NCBI RefSeq assembly: GCF_006345805.1
Contig: NC_042998.1
Location: 14,136,001-14,200,000, forward strand
Direction: 5' to 3'
Origin: Octopus sinensis
Taxonomy: Eukaryota
Length of the DNA stretch: 64,000 bases
Shown here in pieces: positions 23,383-36,082 of the stretch (its first letter is position 1; each line of letters begins with the position of its first letter). Position numbers and translations under genes: made by a program. The notes beneath the pieces were generated by a model. That model saw only the letters and a list, made by a program, of their open reading frames with translations. It was not told the origin of the DNA and searched no databases.

Positions 23383-24229
23383 AAAACGATTTCTGTTCAA
23401 TCTGCGTTCAGCTCCATTTCTTCAATTCACCAATAATGTTTTATATATATATATATATATAAGTAATACTAAGCAATAAGGGTTTAGCAACGAGTTATAT
23501 ATATATATATATATATATATCTATATGTAGATATATGTGTCTGTATGTAATATGTATATATAGGTATGAATATATGTATATATATATGTGTGTATGTGTG
23601 TGTAGGTATCTATGTATGTATATGTATTTAAATTTGTATGCATGTGTAGGTTAGTTAGATACCCACATTCATATAATATATTATAATGTTTGTCGCTTGG
23701 ATATAATGCATACATGTTCACAATGAGTTTTATGAACGCCAGCATTTATATATATATATATATATATAAGTATACAGATATACACCAAAATAAAAGATCA
23801 GGAATTTTTCAATGATATACAACTATTGCCTTTCAGATTTCTAAGAAGCGAAATGTAATAAAAATGAACATTTTTTTTCATATTTCTCCTTTTTTTGGCT
23901 TCTCATTTAATTTTTTTCTTTGCAACTGTTCCTGTAGATATGCCGGTTGTTATTGTTGATTTTATGTTATCGTATAAGTTTTTGTAGTTTGATGCTGTTG
24001 TTGTTGTTATTGCCGTTCTGGTTGAAACAGCCAAATATATTTGTCAAATAATACGAGCTCTATCTGGAATATTGGTAAATAGTTATAACATGTTCTTTGA
24101 ATAAATTGATGTGTATTTCTTTTACTTGTCTTTATTGTCTTAGGTTTTTACTTTATGTTTAGACGATGAATGTATCATTGCTTGTCCTCTATATTTCATG
24201 CTCTGTCCATATACATAGATATATAAGTT

Positions 24230-24289
<60 letters not shown>

Positions 24290-24290
<1 letters not shown>

Positions 24291-24347
24291 GATAGATAGA
24301 TAGTAGATAGTTGATGGATAGGTAGGTGGGTAGGTAGGTAGACAGAC

Positions 24348-24442
<95 letters not shown>

Positions 24443-24576
24443 GGAGAGACGGATAGATAGATAGGTTGATAGAGAAACGGATAGATAGGTTGATAGGTAG
24501 TAGAAGATTGATAGATAGATAGATAGATAGATAGATAGGTAGATCGATAGATAGACAGACAGACGGATATATATAT

Positions 24577-24608
<32 letters not shown>

Positions 24609-24642
24609 ATAGATAGACAGAGATATAGATAGACATATAGAC

Positions 24643-24719
<77 letters not shown>

Positions 24720-24720
24720 T
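24290..24720. repeat. (GATA)n microsatellite
   Basis: Directly visible; source of the IYLS ORFs. Confidence 0.95.
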
Positions 24721-25255
24721 GTCTGAACAGAAATATATATAAATATACGTACGTGCACACTTACATATATACATATATATAATTTTACATATATGTGTAT
24801 TTATAAAGCTACGTGATATGTATGAAAACTTTTCAAATATATAGATGTTATTTATATATTTCTATATGGAAATCTGTCGATTTTCATTTATTTACCGTTC
24901 ATAAAAGTTACAAGCAAGTAATACAATTATGCGGAAGCGGTCGTGAAAACGACAACAAAGGCGATGTATGATTTAGGCGGGAAATAACATGCATAACTAC
25001 ATAAATATAATCGGAGATATCTAGACGTTTATCTATTGAATATCTACAAGCAGCAGCATATGTATATGTATGAGTGTGTGTGTGGGGGGGGTATCATTAT
25101 GACCCTACTAGCAGCAACCTGTTTTACCATGCAAACATCTTAGTCTTCAGAGGAAAGAGTATTTGTTTAATAATGCCGTATGAGGCTTATAAGAACAGGA
25201 ACCCCTATATTACAAAAAAGTCACCTTGAAATCAATGATAAAAAGAAGTTAAAAC

Positions 25256-25712
25256 GGACCTTTTCGGTTTGAACGGCAGTTTTTTGTAGCGGTGTCATAT
25301 GAAATTGTCACCCATAATTATGACCCTAGTATCGATCTATTGCATTTCAATCTATTTTATGGTTAGGGTTAGAGTTAGGGTTAGTTAAGGTTTGTTAGGG
25401 TTACAGTTAGGGGTGGGGGAAGTGTATCTTTTTTTTCTTCAGAAATGTCAATAAACCGAATCTATTTCTTAAACGAGTGACATATTCATACGGCACAGAA
25501 CGTTTTCACCTCAATAGACGGTCATTGATTTGTTTGAAATTGCAGAAATTGAAGAAAAAAAGCAACAAATATCTTACAAACTATAGAATTTTCTCAATAA
25601 AGCCAAGAGAAAAAGATGTTTTATAAACACATTCTACCAGTATACGAAGTTTAAAAGTGTTTAGTTACGTGGAAATTATTTTTAAAAAGTGCCGTTCAAA
25701 CCGAAAAGATCC
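25256..25712. mobile_element. non-autonomous DNA transposon (MITE) with 8-bp TSD, Merlin-like termini, internal TTAGGG-like tract
   Basis: TIRs GGACCTTTTCGGTTTGAACGGCAGTTTTT / AAAAAGTGCCGTTCAAACCGAAAAGATCC; exact TSD GTTAAAAC at 25248-25255 and 25713-25720. Confidence 0.85.
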
Positions 25713-26667
25713 GTTAAAACACCTGATACAGGGCGAATCGTGGTCAATCCTAATATATTTGGAGCATATCATTTGAAACGATCAATCTCTCATTTTTACG
25801 TTACCAGTTATTTCTTATTATAAAATCTCGTTTATTTAAATCTCTAAAGAGAAAAGAATATTGTGTACTATAAATCATCTCCGGTTAGGTCAAATTTATA
25901 TATAATTTACGATACATTATTGACAATATCATTTCTGATTTTTATATAACTTATGTTATATGTGAATAAACATGATAAATACCTTGATCCAAATAACATC
26001 AGGCCGTTGAGAATAGAACACTGAGATACTAGGAAGGTGCACCATTTTGCTACTTATTCTGTAAAATTATTTTCAGAATATAGCTGCTTACCTTATCTGA
26101 ATTCCTGTATATTTTATAGTAATAACATTTTTTTAGCATCAGAATAATTTCCAACGCGTGGTTATAAACCCGCGAGATATGATTCAACAACGAGAGCAGA
26201 AAATCTGAATTTTTATAAGAACGGGCGATATCTTTAGTGCATAAATTCGCAAAAATTTAAATATAAAAGTGTTTAACATACTGCATATGAGTGTATACTC
26301 TAACTCCTATGTTCCTTACCCATATGGATCACTATTCACAAATATTTTTACATAGAAATTTCTATTTGTATCTCAGGAGATGTTAATGTAATTTTCTAAG
26401 ATTACAAATGTAATTCTCTGAACAAGAAGGATTCAATGTATTTGCTTCAATGTATTCAATGTTATTTGCTTATGAATGTAGTCCTTCTGCGGTGATTCTA
26501 CGCATTTAATCTATACTCTGATATCACGATTTACCGAACACTGAAACATATGTAGCTGACTAAATAAATTATTACCATGTTCATATATATGTAGATATTT
26601 ATATATGTATATATATATACACACACATGCACATATATATACATATATATACACATATATATTACAT

Positions 26668-26715
<48 letters not shown>

Positions 26716-26889
26716 TATAATATAATATATATATATAACATATGCATATATATACATATACACATATATACATATATAATATATATATATATATATACAT
26801 ATACACATATATACATATATAAATAATATATATATATGCATATATACATATCTATATGTACATAGTTACGTTTATACGTATATATATGT

Positions 26890-27343
26890 GCATATGTATG
26901 CACAGGACATCATAAAATGTAAACAACATAAAATACAAAACACGAATACATGGAATATGAACTCTTTCTGTGAACAACGAAAGAAACAAATGGAAAACAA
27001 GACAAAAAACATAAAGAACGACTCTTCATCAGTTGCCGGCTGTTTATTTAATCCGTATTTCGAGCACTTCACAAGATATGCCTTCGATAAAGCAGTTGTT
27101 TCCGCAAGGCAAATTAAATAAAATTTTGGATGGATTTTGCGGAGGGTCAAAATAGGTAACAAAAGCAGGACAGTAAAAACAAATAGGAAGGGCTGCTAAG
27201 CGTAAACGATATGTGGTAGCGAACGTGGAGAAACAACTGTAGGAAGAAGACAGGGAAGAATACGACTGGTTTGTCCAGCTACAACAGAAAGAAACACAAG
27301 TTAGAATAAAGAGGGCCGATGTCTTGTCTGTCCTCTGCCTCTA

Positions 27344-27345
<2 letters not shown>
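26890..27345 (-). mobile_element. (TA)n-embedded non-coding element, homologous to 46521-47573
   Basis: Shared blocks acaggaca.ca.aaa, ...gcaaat.aa.taaaatt.tg...tttt.gc.gaggg.aaaa and the same GAAA-N25-CTGANGA arrangement on the minus strand. Confidence 0.6.
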
Positions 27346-27375
<30 letters not shown>

Positions 27376-27390
<15 letters not shown>

Positions 27391-27733
27391 CTAAAAAAAA
27401 ACCTAAGTAGTCAGCCGTAGCCGATAGAGTAGAATCAAGTAGATCACCAACGATCAAACTACAAAGAAAAGAAAATCCTCTAGAGTAAAATTCAGTGGAC
27501 ACCAGAACAAAATGTGGGCAAGACAAATGAAAATTATTATAAAAAACAAGAATTATTCGCAGACCGGCGGTTTCGCCTATTAACGAATGAATCACTTACG
27601 TAATCCCACGTCCAGCCGTTTAAATATACACATATATTAGAATTTTCTGTGATTTTTCAGATTTTTGTATGCTAGGCTACTGGTTTTAAATTGATATTAA
27701 TTAATTAATATTCAATTTATCTCCCTCATTATT

Positions 27734-27735
<2 letters not shown>
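27376..27735. mobile_element. (TA)n-embedded mini-element fragment(s)
   Basis: Island between (TA)n tracts; minus-strand GGC-GAAACCGCCGGTC half-hammerhead at about 27561-27577; right end aattgatattaattaattaat...ctccctcattatt resembles the tails at 13883-13930 and 16070-16127. Confidence 0.5.
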
Positions 27736-27768
<33 letters not shown>

Positions 27769-27774
27769 TATACA

Positions 27775-27987
27775 CGAGGGGGTTGCTACAAAATTCTCGC
27801 ATTAAGATTATCGCGAAAAGTCTGGTTGAATGCCCAACTTTCCGAGTTCTTTTAGGAAGGGTTTAGGAAGGCTGGAGAATCGCTGCAATAAGTATATGAA
27901 TCTTAGAGTGGAATATGTTGAATAATATCATAATTAACTAATCCTGTATATTCTTTTAGCTATAACGAGGAACTTTTCAGCACCTCG
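27775..27987 (+). mobile_element. non-autonomous mariner (internal deletion derivative)
   Basis: Imperfect TIRs CGAGGGGGTTGCTACAAAATTC / GGAACTTTTCAGCACCTCG|TA; retains transposase end LENRCNKYMNLRVEYVE*. Confidence 0.7.
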
Positions 27988-28181
27988 TAGTATATACAAG
28001 TAAAAATACAACAATTTTTGTCCCTAAAAAATTTATTCTAATAAAAAACTCGCAAAAAAATATAAGTATTTTCAGAGTATAGTACAAGAAACATCGAGCA
28101 AAATTCTACAGAGAACCCATAATTTGGTCTCCCTAATAATGAATATATATCGACGCACAGGATTCTATGGACATTCGTGGC

Positions 28182-28222
<41 letters not shown>

Positions 28223-28249
28223 ATATATATATATATATTATATCTTTTT

Positions 28250-28464
28250 TCTTTACTCTTTACTCTTTTATTTGTTTCAGTTATTTGACTGCGGCCATGC
28301 TGGAGCACCGCCTTAAATCGAGCAATTCGACCCCGAGACTTATTCTTTGTAAGCCCAGTACTTATTCTATCGGTCTCTTTTTGCCGAACCGCTAAGTGAC
28401 GGGGACGTAAACACACCAGCATCGGTTGTCAAATAGTGCTAGGAGGACAAATACAGACACACAA

Positions 28465-28495
<31 letters not shown>

Positions 28496-28666
28496 CATAT
28501 ATACGACAGGCTTCTTTCAGTTTCTGTCAACCAAATCCACTCACAAGGCATTGGTCGGCCCGGGGCTATAGCAGAAGACACTTGCCCAAGATGCCACGCA
28601 GTGGGACTGAACCCAGAACCATGTGGTTGGTTAGCAAGCTACTTACCACACAGCCACTCCTGCGCC
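28250..28666 (-). mobile_element. SINE family A, full-length young copy
   Basis: Complete reverse copy ending cacacagccactcctgcgcc. Confidence 0.92.
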
Positions 28667-28692
28667 ATATATATATATATATATATATATAT

Positions 28693-28887
28693 GGGAGAAT
28701 TCACAAAACAAAAGCAAAAGACAAAGGCACGTGGTGTAAACAACAGACAGATGTATTAGTATAACGCTCGTGAAGTGAAAATGTCTTTAACGTTTCGAAC
28801 CTACGCTCTTCCACATAAAGGAACACAGAAAGGGACAAGGAGAGAAGATAAAGAATGTGTAGTGGCTACCGATCTATCATGGCGAAA
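28693..28887 (-). mobile_element. (TA)n-abutting mini-element with degenerate hammerhead
   Basis: Minus 28820-28785 CTTT-ATGTGGA-A-GAGC-GTAG-GTTC-GAAACGTT-AAAG; 3' end gaattctccc(TA)n also seen at 15665-15715. Confidence 0.55.
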
Positions 28888-29082
28888 CATACACACACAC
28901 CCAAGTATATACATACAATGTTGTATGTTTATACTTGTGTGTGTGTGTCTATACTAACACACAGTAACACAAGAGAAAATTAATACGTTAATGCATTTCC
29001 AAATATACTGACATCGCTATTCGATTTTTCACAAAGAAAAATTACATGACGCAGTTTTCCGCAATGTAACAACAGCAAAAAT

Positions 29083-29228
29083 AAAATAATAATAAATAAA
29101 GACAGTGATAATGATGATGATGACGACGACAACAGCAAAACAACAACAACAACAACAACAATAATAATAATATTAATAATATTAATAATAATAATAATAA
29201 TAATGTTGATGATGATGACGATGATGAC

Positions 29229-29268
<40 letters not shown>

Positions 29269-29442
29269 TTGGCGATGATAATGAAGATGATGATGATGAT
29301 GATGAAAATGATTTTGATGAGAATGATGATGATGATGATGATAATGACTACGATGATGATGCTGGATGTTATGGGAATGATGATGATGATGATGATGATA
29401 ATAATAATAATAATAATAATAATTATAATAATAATAATATAT
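29083..29442. repeat. compound trinucleotide microsatellite (AAT/GAT/AAC)
   Basis: Directly visible; poly-His/poly-Met ORFs are artefacts. Confidence 0.95.
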
Positions 29443-29760
29443 TGCTGACACTAATCGAATACAAAAATCAGTATTTACATCGGAAAATATGTAAGCACTA
29501 CAAAATCGGTACCCTTGCTTACTGGCATGAACATCCTCATGAGCCAATCGTTGAAGATAAAACTGTCACTATTCTCTGAAATTTTGGTTTCAAGAATATC
29601 TCAGCAGTTTCAACGTTACAACTACCGCTAAAATATGTCCTTAGAGCAGCTACTGAGTTTTGTCATTAAAAAACTTCAACAGTCATATCATTGCAAAATA
29701 TCATGTAAGATCACGTACGATCAGTCTTAAACTGCTTCATTATTAACACAACATTTAAGA

Positions 29761-30232
29761 CGGAGAGCTGGCAGACTCATTAACAAGCCGGGTGAATTGC
29801 TTAGACGAATTTCGTCTGCTGCTACATTCCGGAGTTCAAATTCCGCTGAGGTCGACTTCGCCTTTCATCGTTTCGGGGTCGATTAAGTAAGTACCAGTTA
29901 CGCACTGGGGTCGATATAATCGACTTAATCCGTTTGTCTGTCCTTGTTTGTCCTCTCTGTGTTTAGCCCCTTGTGGGTAGTAAAGAAATAGATATTTCGT
30001 CTGCCGCTACGTTCTGAGTTCAAATTCCGCATAGGTCGACTTTGCCTTTCATCCTGTCGGGGACGATTAAATAAGTACCAGTTACGCACTGGGGTCGATA
30101 TAATCGACTTAATCCGTTTGTCTGTCCTTGTCTGTGCCCTCATTGTGATAAATTAAGTACCAGTGAAACACTGGGGTCGATGTGATCGTTTAGTCCCCTC
30201 CCTCCAAATTTCAGACCTTGTGCCTATAGTAA
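29761..30232 (+). mobile_element. SINE family B multi-unit copy
   Basis: Diverged head, two young body units, then an older-type tail (tcccctcctccaaatttcagaccttgtgcctatagta). Confidence 0.85.
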
Positions 30233-30541
30233 TGCTGAGACCCCCTTCGGTTATGGCTGACCATGGGATTGCACCTAGAAAGTTACCCTCTCAGGCACAT
30301 GTCCGGGCAAGGTTGTTTACGGAAGACCAGCAGTCGCCCATGCATACCAGTCTGCCCTCACTCCGCCTCCAGTGTTATCCAAGGAAAAGGCTTGGCACCT
30401 GTGACACCGCAACTCATTTCTACAGCTGAATAAAGTGAAATGAAGTGCCTTGTTCAAGAACACAACATGCAGCCCGGTCCGGGATTCGTACTCACAATCT
30501 TACGATCGTAAGCTCGACGCTTTAACCATTGAGCCATGCGA
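30233..30541 (-). mobile_element. SINE family C nested in the tail of a family B copy
   Basis: Reverse head cgcatggctcaatggttaaagcgtcgagcttacgatcg, CORE-like block; flanks tgcctatagta / tgcctacagta. Confidence 0.85.
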
Positions 30542-30846
30542 TTTACATGCCTACAGTAGAAAGGATTATTAATACAACATAGCTGTGTGGTTGCAACTAC
30601 TAATTAAACGTATCATTACAACTATCACTGAGAGACTCTATTGCAAACAGCACTAAGTTGTGTCATTACAGCCACCAGTGAGATCTTATTGCAGTTACAC
30701 CCAGTATTATATTACAGTCATCGCTGATGCTATTATGAAGACCGCTGATGAGGCGTTTAATGCAACTTATGTTCTGTTTTATGAAATTCACCGCGGAGCT
30801 GATTCTTAGCATTGACGGCCGAGCTGTGTCATTACAACATTTCCTA

Positions 30847-31080
30847 AAAAAATATCAGTGGACAATGTCAATTCCTCTAAGCATTTTTAGTTAAAGCCTG
30901 TAGCAGTTGCAATGGTGCACCTAGTTAAAACACATATATATATTCTAATATACCCAACACTGAGTTGAGCTTCGTTATAAGATCCACAGACCTGTGTTTT
31001 ACCCAGGTGCGCCATTGCAACTGCTGCAGGCTTTAACTAAAAATGCTCAGAGGAATTGACAATGTCCACTGAAATTTTTT
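30847..31080. mobile_element. palindromic MITE-like element
   Basis: About 88-bp inverted repeats 30847-30934 / 30993-31080 around a 58-bp spacer; no clear TSD. Confidence 0.65.
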
Positions 31081-31221
31081 ATTACTACTTATGTACTTTC
31101 GCAATCCACTGAGCTACCACATCTAATTTTTATCATAAATTTTGAAACAGTCCCGCATGTTATGAAAATATTTCCCAATTTTTTTTTATATACACGTTCT
31201 CAGTAATTTCACTTATTCATA

Positions 31222-31572
31222 GGCGCGGGAGTGGGTGTGCGGTAAGAAGCTTGCTTCCCAACCAAGTGGTTCCGGGTTCAGCCCCACTGCATGGCGCCTT
31301 GGTCAAATGTCTGCTAAAGACTTGTGAGTGGATTTGGTAGACGGAAACTGAAAGAAGCCTGTCGTATAGATGTATATATACATATATATGTGTGTGTCTG
31401 TCTGTCTGTCTGTGTTTGTCCCCCCACCCCCATCGCAACTTGACAACCAGTGTTAATGTATTTACGCCCCCGTAATTTAGCGGTTCGGCGTCAATTCATT
31501 CAACTAAAAGTTCAGGGTGGTGTTCCAGAATGGCCGCAGTATAATGACTGAAACAGGTAAAAGATAAAGATA
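31222..31572 (+). mobile_element. SINE family A with internal deletions
   Basis: Head ggcgcgggagtgggtgtgcggtaagaagc and 3' module. Confidence 0.85.
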
Positions 31573-31736
31573 GATTTATCTGTTTCTCACTTTTGTAATA
31601 ATCTTCGATTTAAAAAAAAAAAAAACCCTCGGACTTCATTGGGCTCAGTCCACACAAACGCACGTGTGTGTGTCTTTGTGTGTGTAAAGTATTCCGCTGT
31701 TAAGTAAAGAACTGGATCAGAATTCACCTTCAAATC

Positions 31737-32331
31737 CGGTAACATTTGCCGGTCATTCGGAAAGCTCACAGCAGCCATATTCCTACCGCTCTATGTCACG
31801 CTGGTGAGACTCATATTTGAGTACGGGATTCAAGCCTCTTCTCCTTATCTCCTCAAAGACATACAGCATCTCGAAATAGTCCAGAAGCTGGCTACCCGCA
31901 TGGCTCTTGGTCTCAAGCATTTGTCTTATGAAGAAAGGCTGAAGACGCTCGACCTTTATTCTGTAGAAAAACGACTACGCCGTGGTGATCTCATTCTTGC
32001 TCACAATATCATAAGCGGAAAGTGTAACCTCTCGAAAGAGCTGTTCTTCACTCCTGCACCAGAGCGTCGGCTGCGGGGTCACTCCGAAAAGCTCTATCTG
32101 CGACGATTTCATCTCAATCGAAGGAGAGGGGCTTTCTCCGTCCGGGTTGCGGATCCGTGGAATAAGCTACCGGACGAGATAGTGAAGATGCCGACGACCG
32201 CTCGGTTCAAAGCCTCCCTTGACCACAAATGGCCTGAACTCTTTGCATGAACACCACCCTGTACATAACTCCATGTCCCACTACATGGCCTTGCTTTTTG
32301 CTTTTTGAGCCAAAAAATTAACTTAACTTAA
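31737..32331 (+). mobile_element. CR1-clade LINE, 5'-truncated 3' end of ORF2 plus 3' UTR
   Basis: LYVTLVRLIFEYGIQASSPYLLKDIQHLEIVQKLATR...LSYEERLKTLDLYS...RRGDLI...FSVRVADPWNKLP; stop at 32250; (ACTTA)n tail. Confidence 0.9.
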
Positions 32332-33004
32332 GGTGATTTCGGAAAAATAATCATTACGTAGCCTTCATTCGTGTTATGAAATGTTTATATTTGAATAAAT
32401 ATCTTCTGCAAGTTCTAGCTTGTTAAAATTGTCATCTAATTTCGTTATATATATATAGTATGATACATGATTTTAGCTTGATTTGTGTTATGCAAAAATG
32501 TCTTATTATTTTGTCTTCGATACGACACACATTTTTCTCTTATTTACTTTAATCTAATTCCTCAATTAGATTATCGTTTTGCTTTCGGTTTTATTTTCTA
32601 ATACCGAAATTCTTTACGTAAGTATAGTAAAAGTGATTCTTCTTAACAAAGAAATACTTTACTTGCAAGTAATTTAATCATGTATGAGGTATTACAAAGT
32701 TTCATTTTGTAAAACCATTTAGTAGGCGGTGTCACCAGAGTTTCAGTTAGACTACGGGTTTATTATTTATATTTATATTTTTGATTCCGCACTCTTGGCT
32801 CACAGTTCAAGTCTCACTGAGTTTAACTTCACAACCTCATTTTTTTAAAGATCGATAAAGAGTATATGGTACCTATTGGGGCAGATTCTTCTTCTTCCGG
32901 TCTTCTTTTGAGATTTGCTTATGGTAAACAAGATACCGTTTTGTAAAACACACGCACACATATATATAACATCTGGAAAAGTAAAGAAAAAATGTTACCC
33001 TTCA

Positions 33005-33031
33005 CCCTATATGTATGTATATATATATGTG

Positions 33032-33067
<36 letters not shown>

Positions 33068-33087
33068 ATATATATATATATAATATA

Positions 33088-33119
<32 letters not shown>

Positions 33120-33164
33120 GTATATATATATATATGCATATATATATGTATATATATATGTGAT

Positions 33165-33198
<34 letters not shown>

Positions 33199-33245
33199 AA
33201 TTATAATATATATATACATATATACATATATACATACATACACAG

Positions 33246-33275
<30 letters not shown>
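33005..33275. repeat. (TA)n microsatellite
   Basis: Directly visible. Confidence 0.9.
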
Positions 33276-33276
<1 letters not shown>

Positions 33277-33965
33277 CTTTTACGAATATTATATTACAAA
33301 CGTATAGTGCTTATCATAGAAGTCAGTAGAGGTCGCTCTTCGAAGTATTACCGTATCTTTTCTTTATTATTTTAAAGACAAAACTAAAGCAATTACTGAT
33401 AGCATTCCATGACTCCTTACAATTGCTATACGAGGTAAAGACGAGGCGTCTATAAGGTCATTCGACCTTCTAAAATTAGCAGTAAAATCTTTGTAAAAAT
33501 CACACCCGACTGTCTTTTGAAAAATGAAAGGAGACATGTGTATCCAGGATAAGGTAGTCATTGAGTAGTTATCGATACATTAAACATGAAAAAAGACTCA
33601 TTGATCACTGCTCCATCTCCTTTGATCATGAAACTGCTGAATCGGGGCTGACCTAGTACTAAACATGAACAACGATTTATATTCTAAAGATTGAAGTTAT
33701 CATCAAATAATCTGACAAATATTGTTCTTTCCGTGTCTGAAAGCTACAAATAGTTTTCCAACTCCTTCAGGTTAACAAACACCCACAGTCACACGCACAA
33801 CGATACGAGTACACAGGCACATACACCCATCCACAGGTACACTCGCATTTTACACAAACACGCTATTTTAGATTCTATTTTAGACACCAGAATAGAAACT
33901 TGTTTAAAAAACGGAAAACTTGGATAATATTTTTGTAGATGTTCAGAAGAGTATCACGTCAGACA

Positions 33966-34024
<59 letters not shown>

Positions 34025-34344
34025 TATACGTACACTTACAGAATTTGCTCATATACACAAATACACACACACATAAATATATGTATATTTGTGGTCTATA
34101 TGTACGTAAGAGCGTATATATGCGTTCAAGGATAGACAGATAGTGCGTTTCTGAGATAGTAATAGAGAAATAGATTTAGTGGACCATCTCCTTTATTCCT
34201 CATTATTAATGTATAGATTTGAAACCACCCTTCAACTACAAAGAAAGAGAAATGGCTAGTTTCAGAGATAAAAAAAACCCAGATAAATAGATAGGTACGT
34301 ATCCATACATATGTACACACACAAACACAGAAGCGCACACACTA

Positions 34345-34422
34345 ACACACACATATATATATATATATAGCCATATATATATATATATATATGTATACAC
34401 AGACAAACATCACTCTCTCTCT

Positions 34423-34471
<49 letters not shown>

Positions 34472-34489
34472 ACATCTCTCTCTCTCTCT

Positions 34490-34534
<45 letters not shown>

Positions 34535-34650
34535 CAAACATATCTCTCTCTCTGTTTATATATATATATATATATATGTGTCTGTCTGTCTGTGTATGTA
34601 TGTATGTATGTATGTATGTATGTATGTATGTATGTATGTATGTATGTATG

Positions 34651-34682
<32 letters not shown>

Positions 34683-34702
34683 TGTATGTATGTATGTATG
34701 TA
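34345..34702. repeat. three (TA)n-CAGACAAACATCTCTCTC units followed by (TATG)n
   Basis: Directly visible. Confidence 0.85.
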
Positions 34703-35677
34703 TAAAGAGGGAGTGATGAGTGAGAGAGGCAGACAGAGAGAGATTGATAGGAAAAGAAAGGGAGAAACTGAGAGTGAGATAGAAAGAAATAAACAGTAAT
34801 TGGAAAATAGAAAAGTGCACAGAGATATATTACATTTTAAACAACAGTGCCAACCAGTTGGTCCTTCTCTAATACACATTTTAATGAAGTAACACACACA
34901 ATAGCATACAAGAAAACACATATACACACACATATACATATATGTGTGTATGTGTGTATACATATACGAAGATCCTTCATGATAAACACACTCACACACG
35001 CACCTATAAATACATACAAATATATGTGTTTGTGCGTGTGTGTGTATGTATATATAAAATAATATATTTTAAGTATGTATGTTTTATGTATGTATTAATA
35101 TACATATACCTACACCTCCAAAATCTACACAAATACACACAAATACACACACGTACGTACATATAAACATATATGCGGACAGTTTGTGTTATTATTATTT
35201 TTATTTTTTTCTCTTTTCCTTTCGTGCAAAGATATAGATATATATTTTAAAGATAACCAGACGCAAGATGACGACGACGGCGACGACGCACCAATATTCG
35301 CTATCCGAGACAAAAGAAAGAAATGGAAAAAAGTAAAATTAAATATCAAATCAATATTAGAAAAAAAAATATAGCAACGTACAATTATCGAAATAATTTT
35401 GCTCACAAAATAGTAGATAGCTCCAGAACGACAACAGCTTGCAAGAGTAGAGAAAATCTTATATATCTTACGCAAAGGCTCTCCTTAATTTTTTTTTCCC
35501 AAGATAGAATGATTCGACGTCCTTCAATTAAAATTGTTAAATACTAGTTTAGCTAGAAATGTGACGTAAATTTTTAAAGACGTATTGCAGTCACTCGTTG
35601 TGATCTGAAATCATATTGGTTGCATTTTATTTTTAATTCTTCCCTCTCTGTAAGACTAACAATCATGTATCATTATA

Positions 35678-35830
35678 GGCGCAGGAGTGGCTTTGTGGTA
35701 AGTAGCTTTCTTACCAACTACATGGTTCCGGGTTCAGTCCCACTGTGTCGCAACTTGGGCAAATGTCTTCTACTAAAACCTCGGGCCTTGTGAGTGGATT
35801 TGGTAGACGGAAACTGAAAGAAGCCCGTCG

Positions 35831-35876
<46 letters not shown>

Positions 35877-36082
35877 TGTGTGTCTGTGTTCCCACCCCCA
35901 ACATCGCTTGACAACCGATGGTGGTGTGTTTACGTTCCCGTAAAATAGCGGTTCGGCAAAGAGACCGATAGAATAAGTACTAAGCTTACAAAGAATAAGT
36001 CCTGGGGTCGATTTGCCCGTCTAAAGGCGGTGCTCCATCATGGCCGCAGTCAAATGACTGAAACAAATAAAAAAAGAAAGAA
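35678..36082 (+). mobile_element. SINE family A, full-length
   Basis: Head, internal (TG)n, 3' module. Confidence 0.9.

Larger units (their letters stand above)
22873..23443. mobile_element. (TA)n-embedded fold-back element with a hammerhead on each strand
   Basis: About 180-bp inverted arms 23021-23198 / 23263-23443, unique 150-bp tail 22873-23020, (TA)n on both sides. Confidence 0.85.

Noticed and set aside
25361-25413. Possible chromosome-end or fusion telomere
   Set aside because: Short, degenerate and internal to a TIR element with TSD.
29182-29547. Poly-His ORF (and poly-K/E/R ORFs at 38407-38918 and 43183-43669)
   Set aside because: Trinucleotide microsatellites.
30741-30770. CTGATGAG motif
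   Set aside because: No properly placed GAAA or stems; lies in the degenerate minisatellite.
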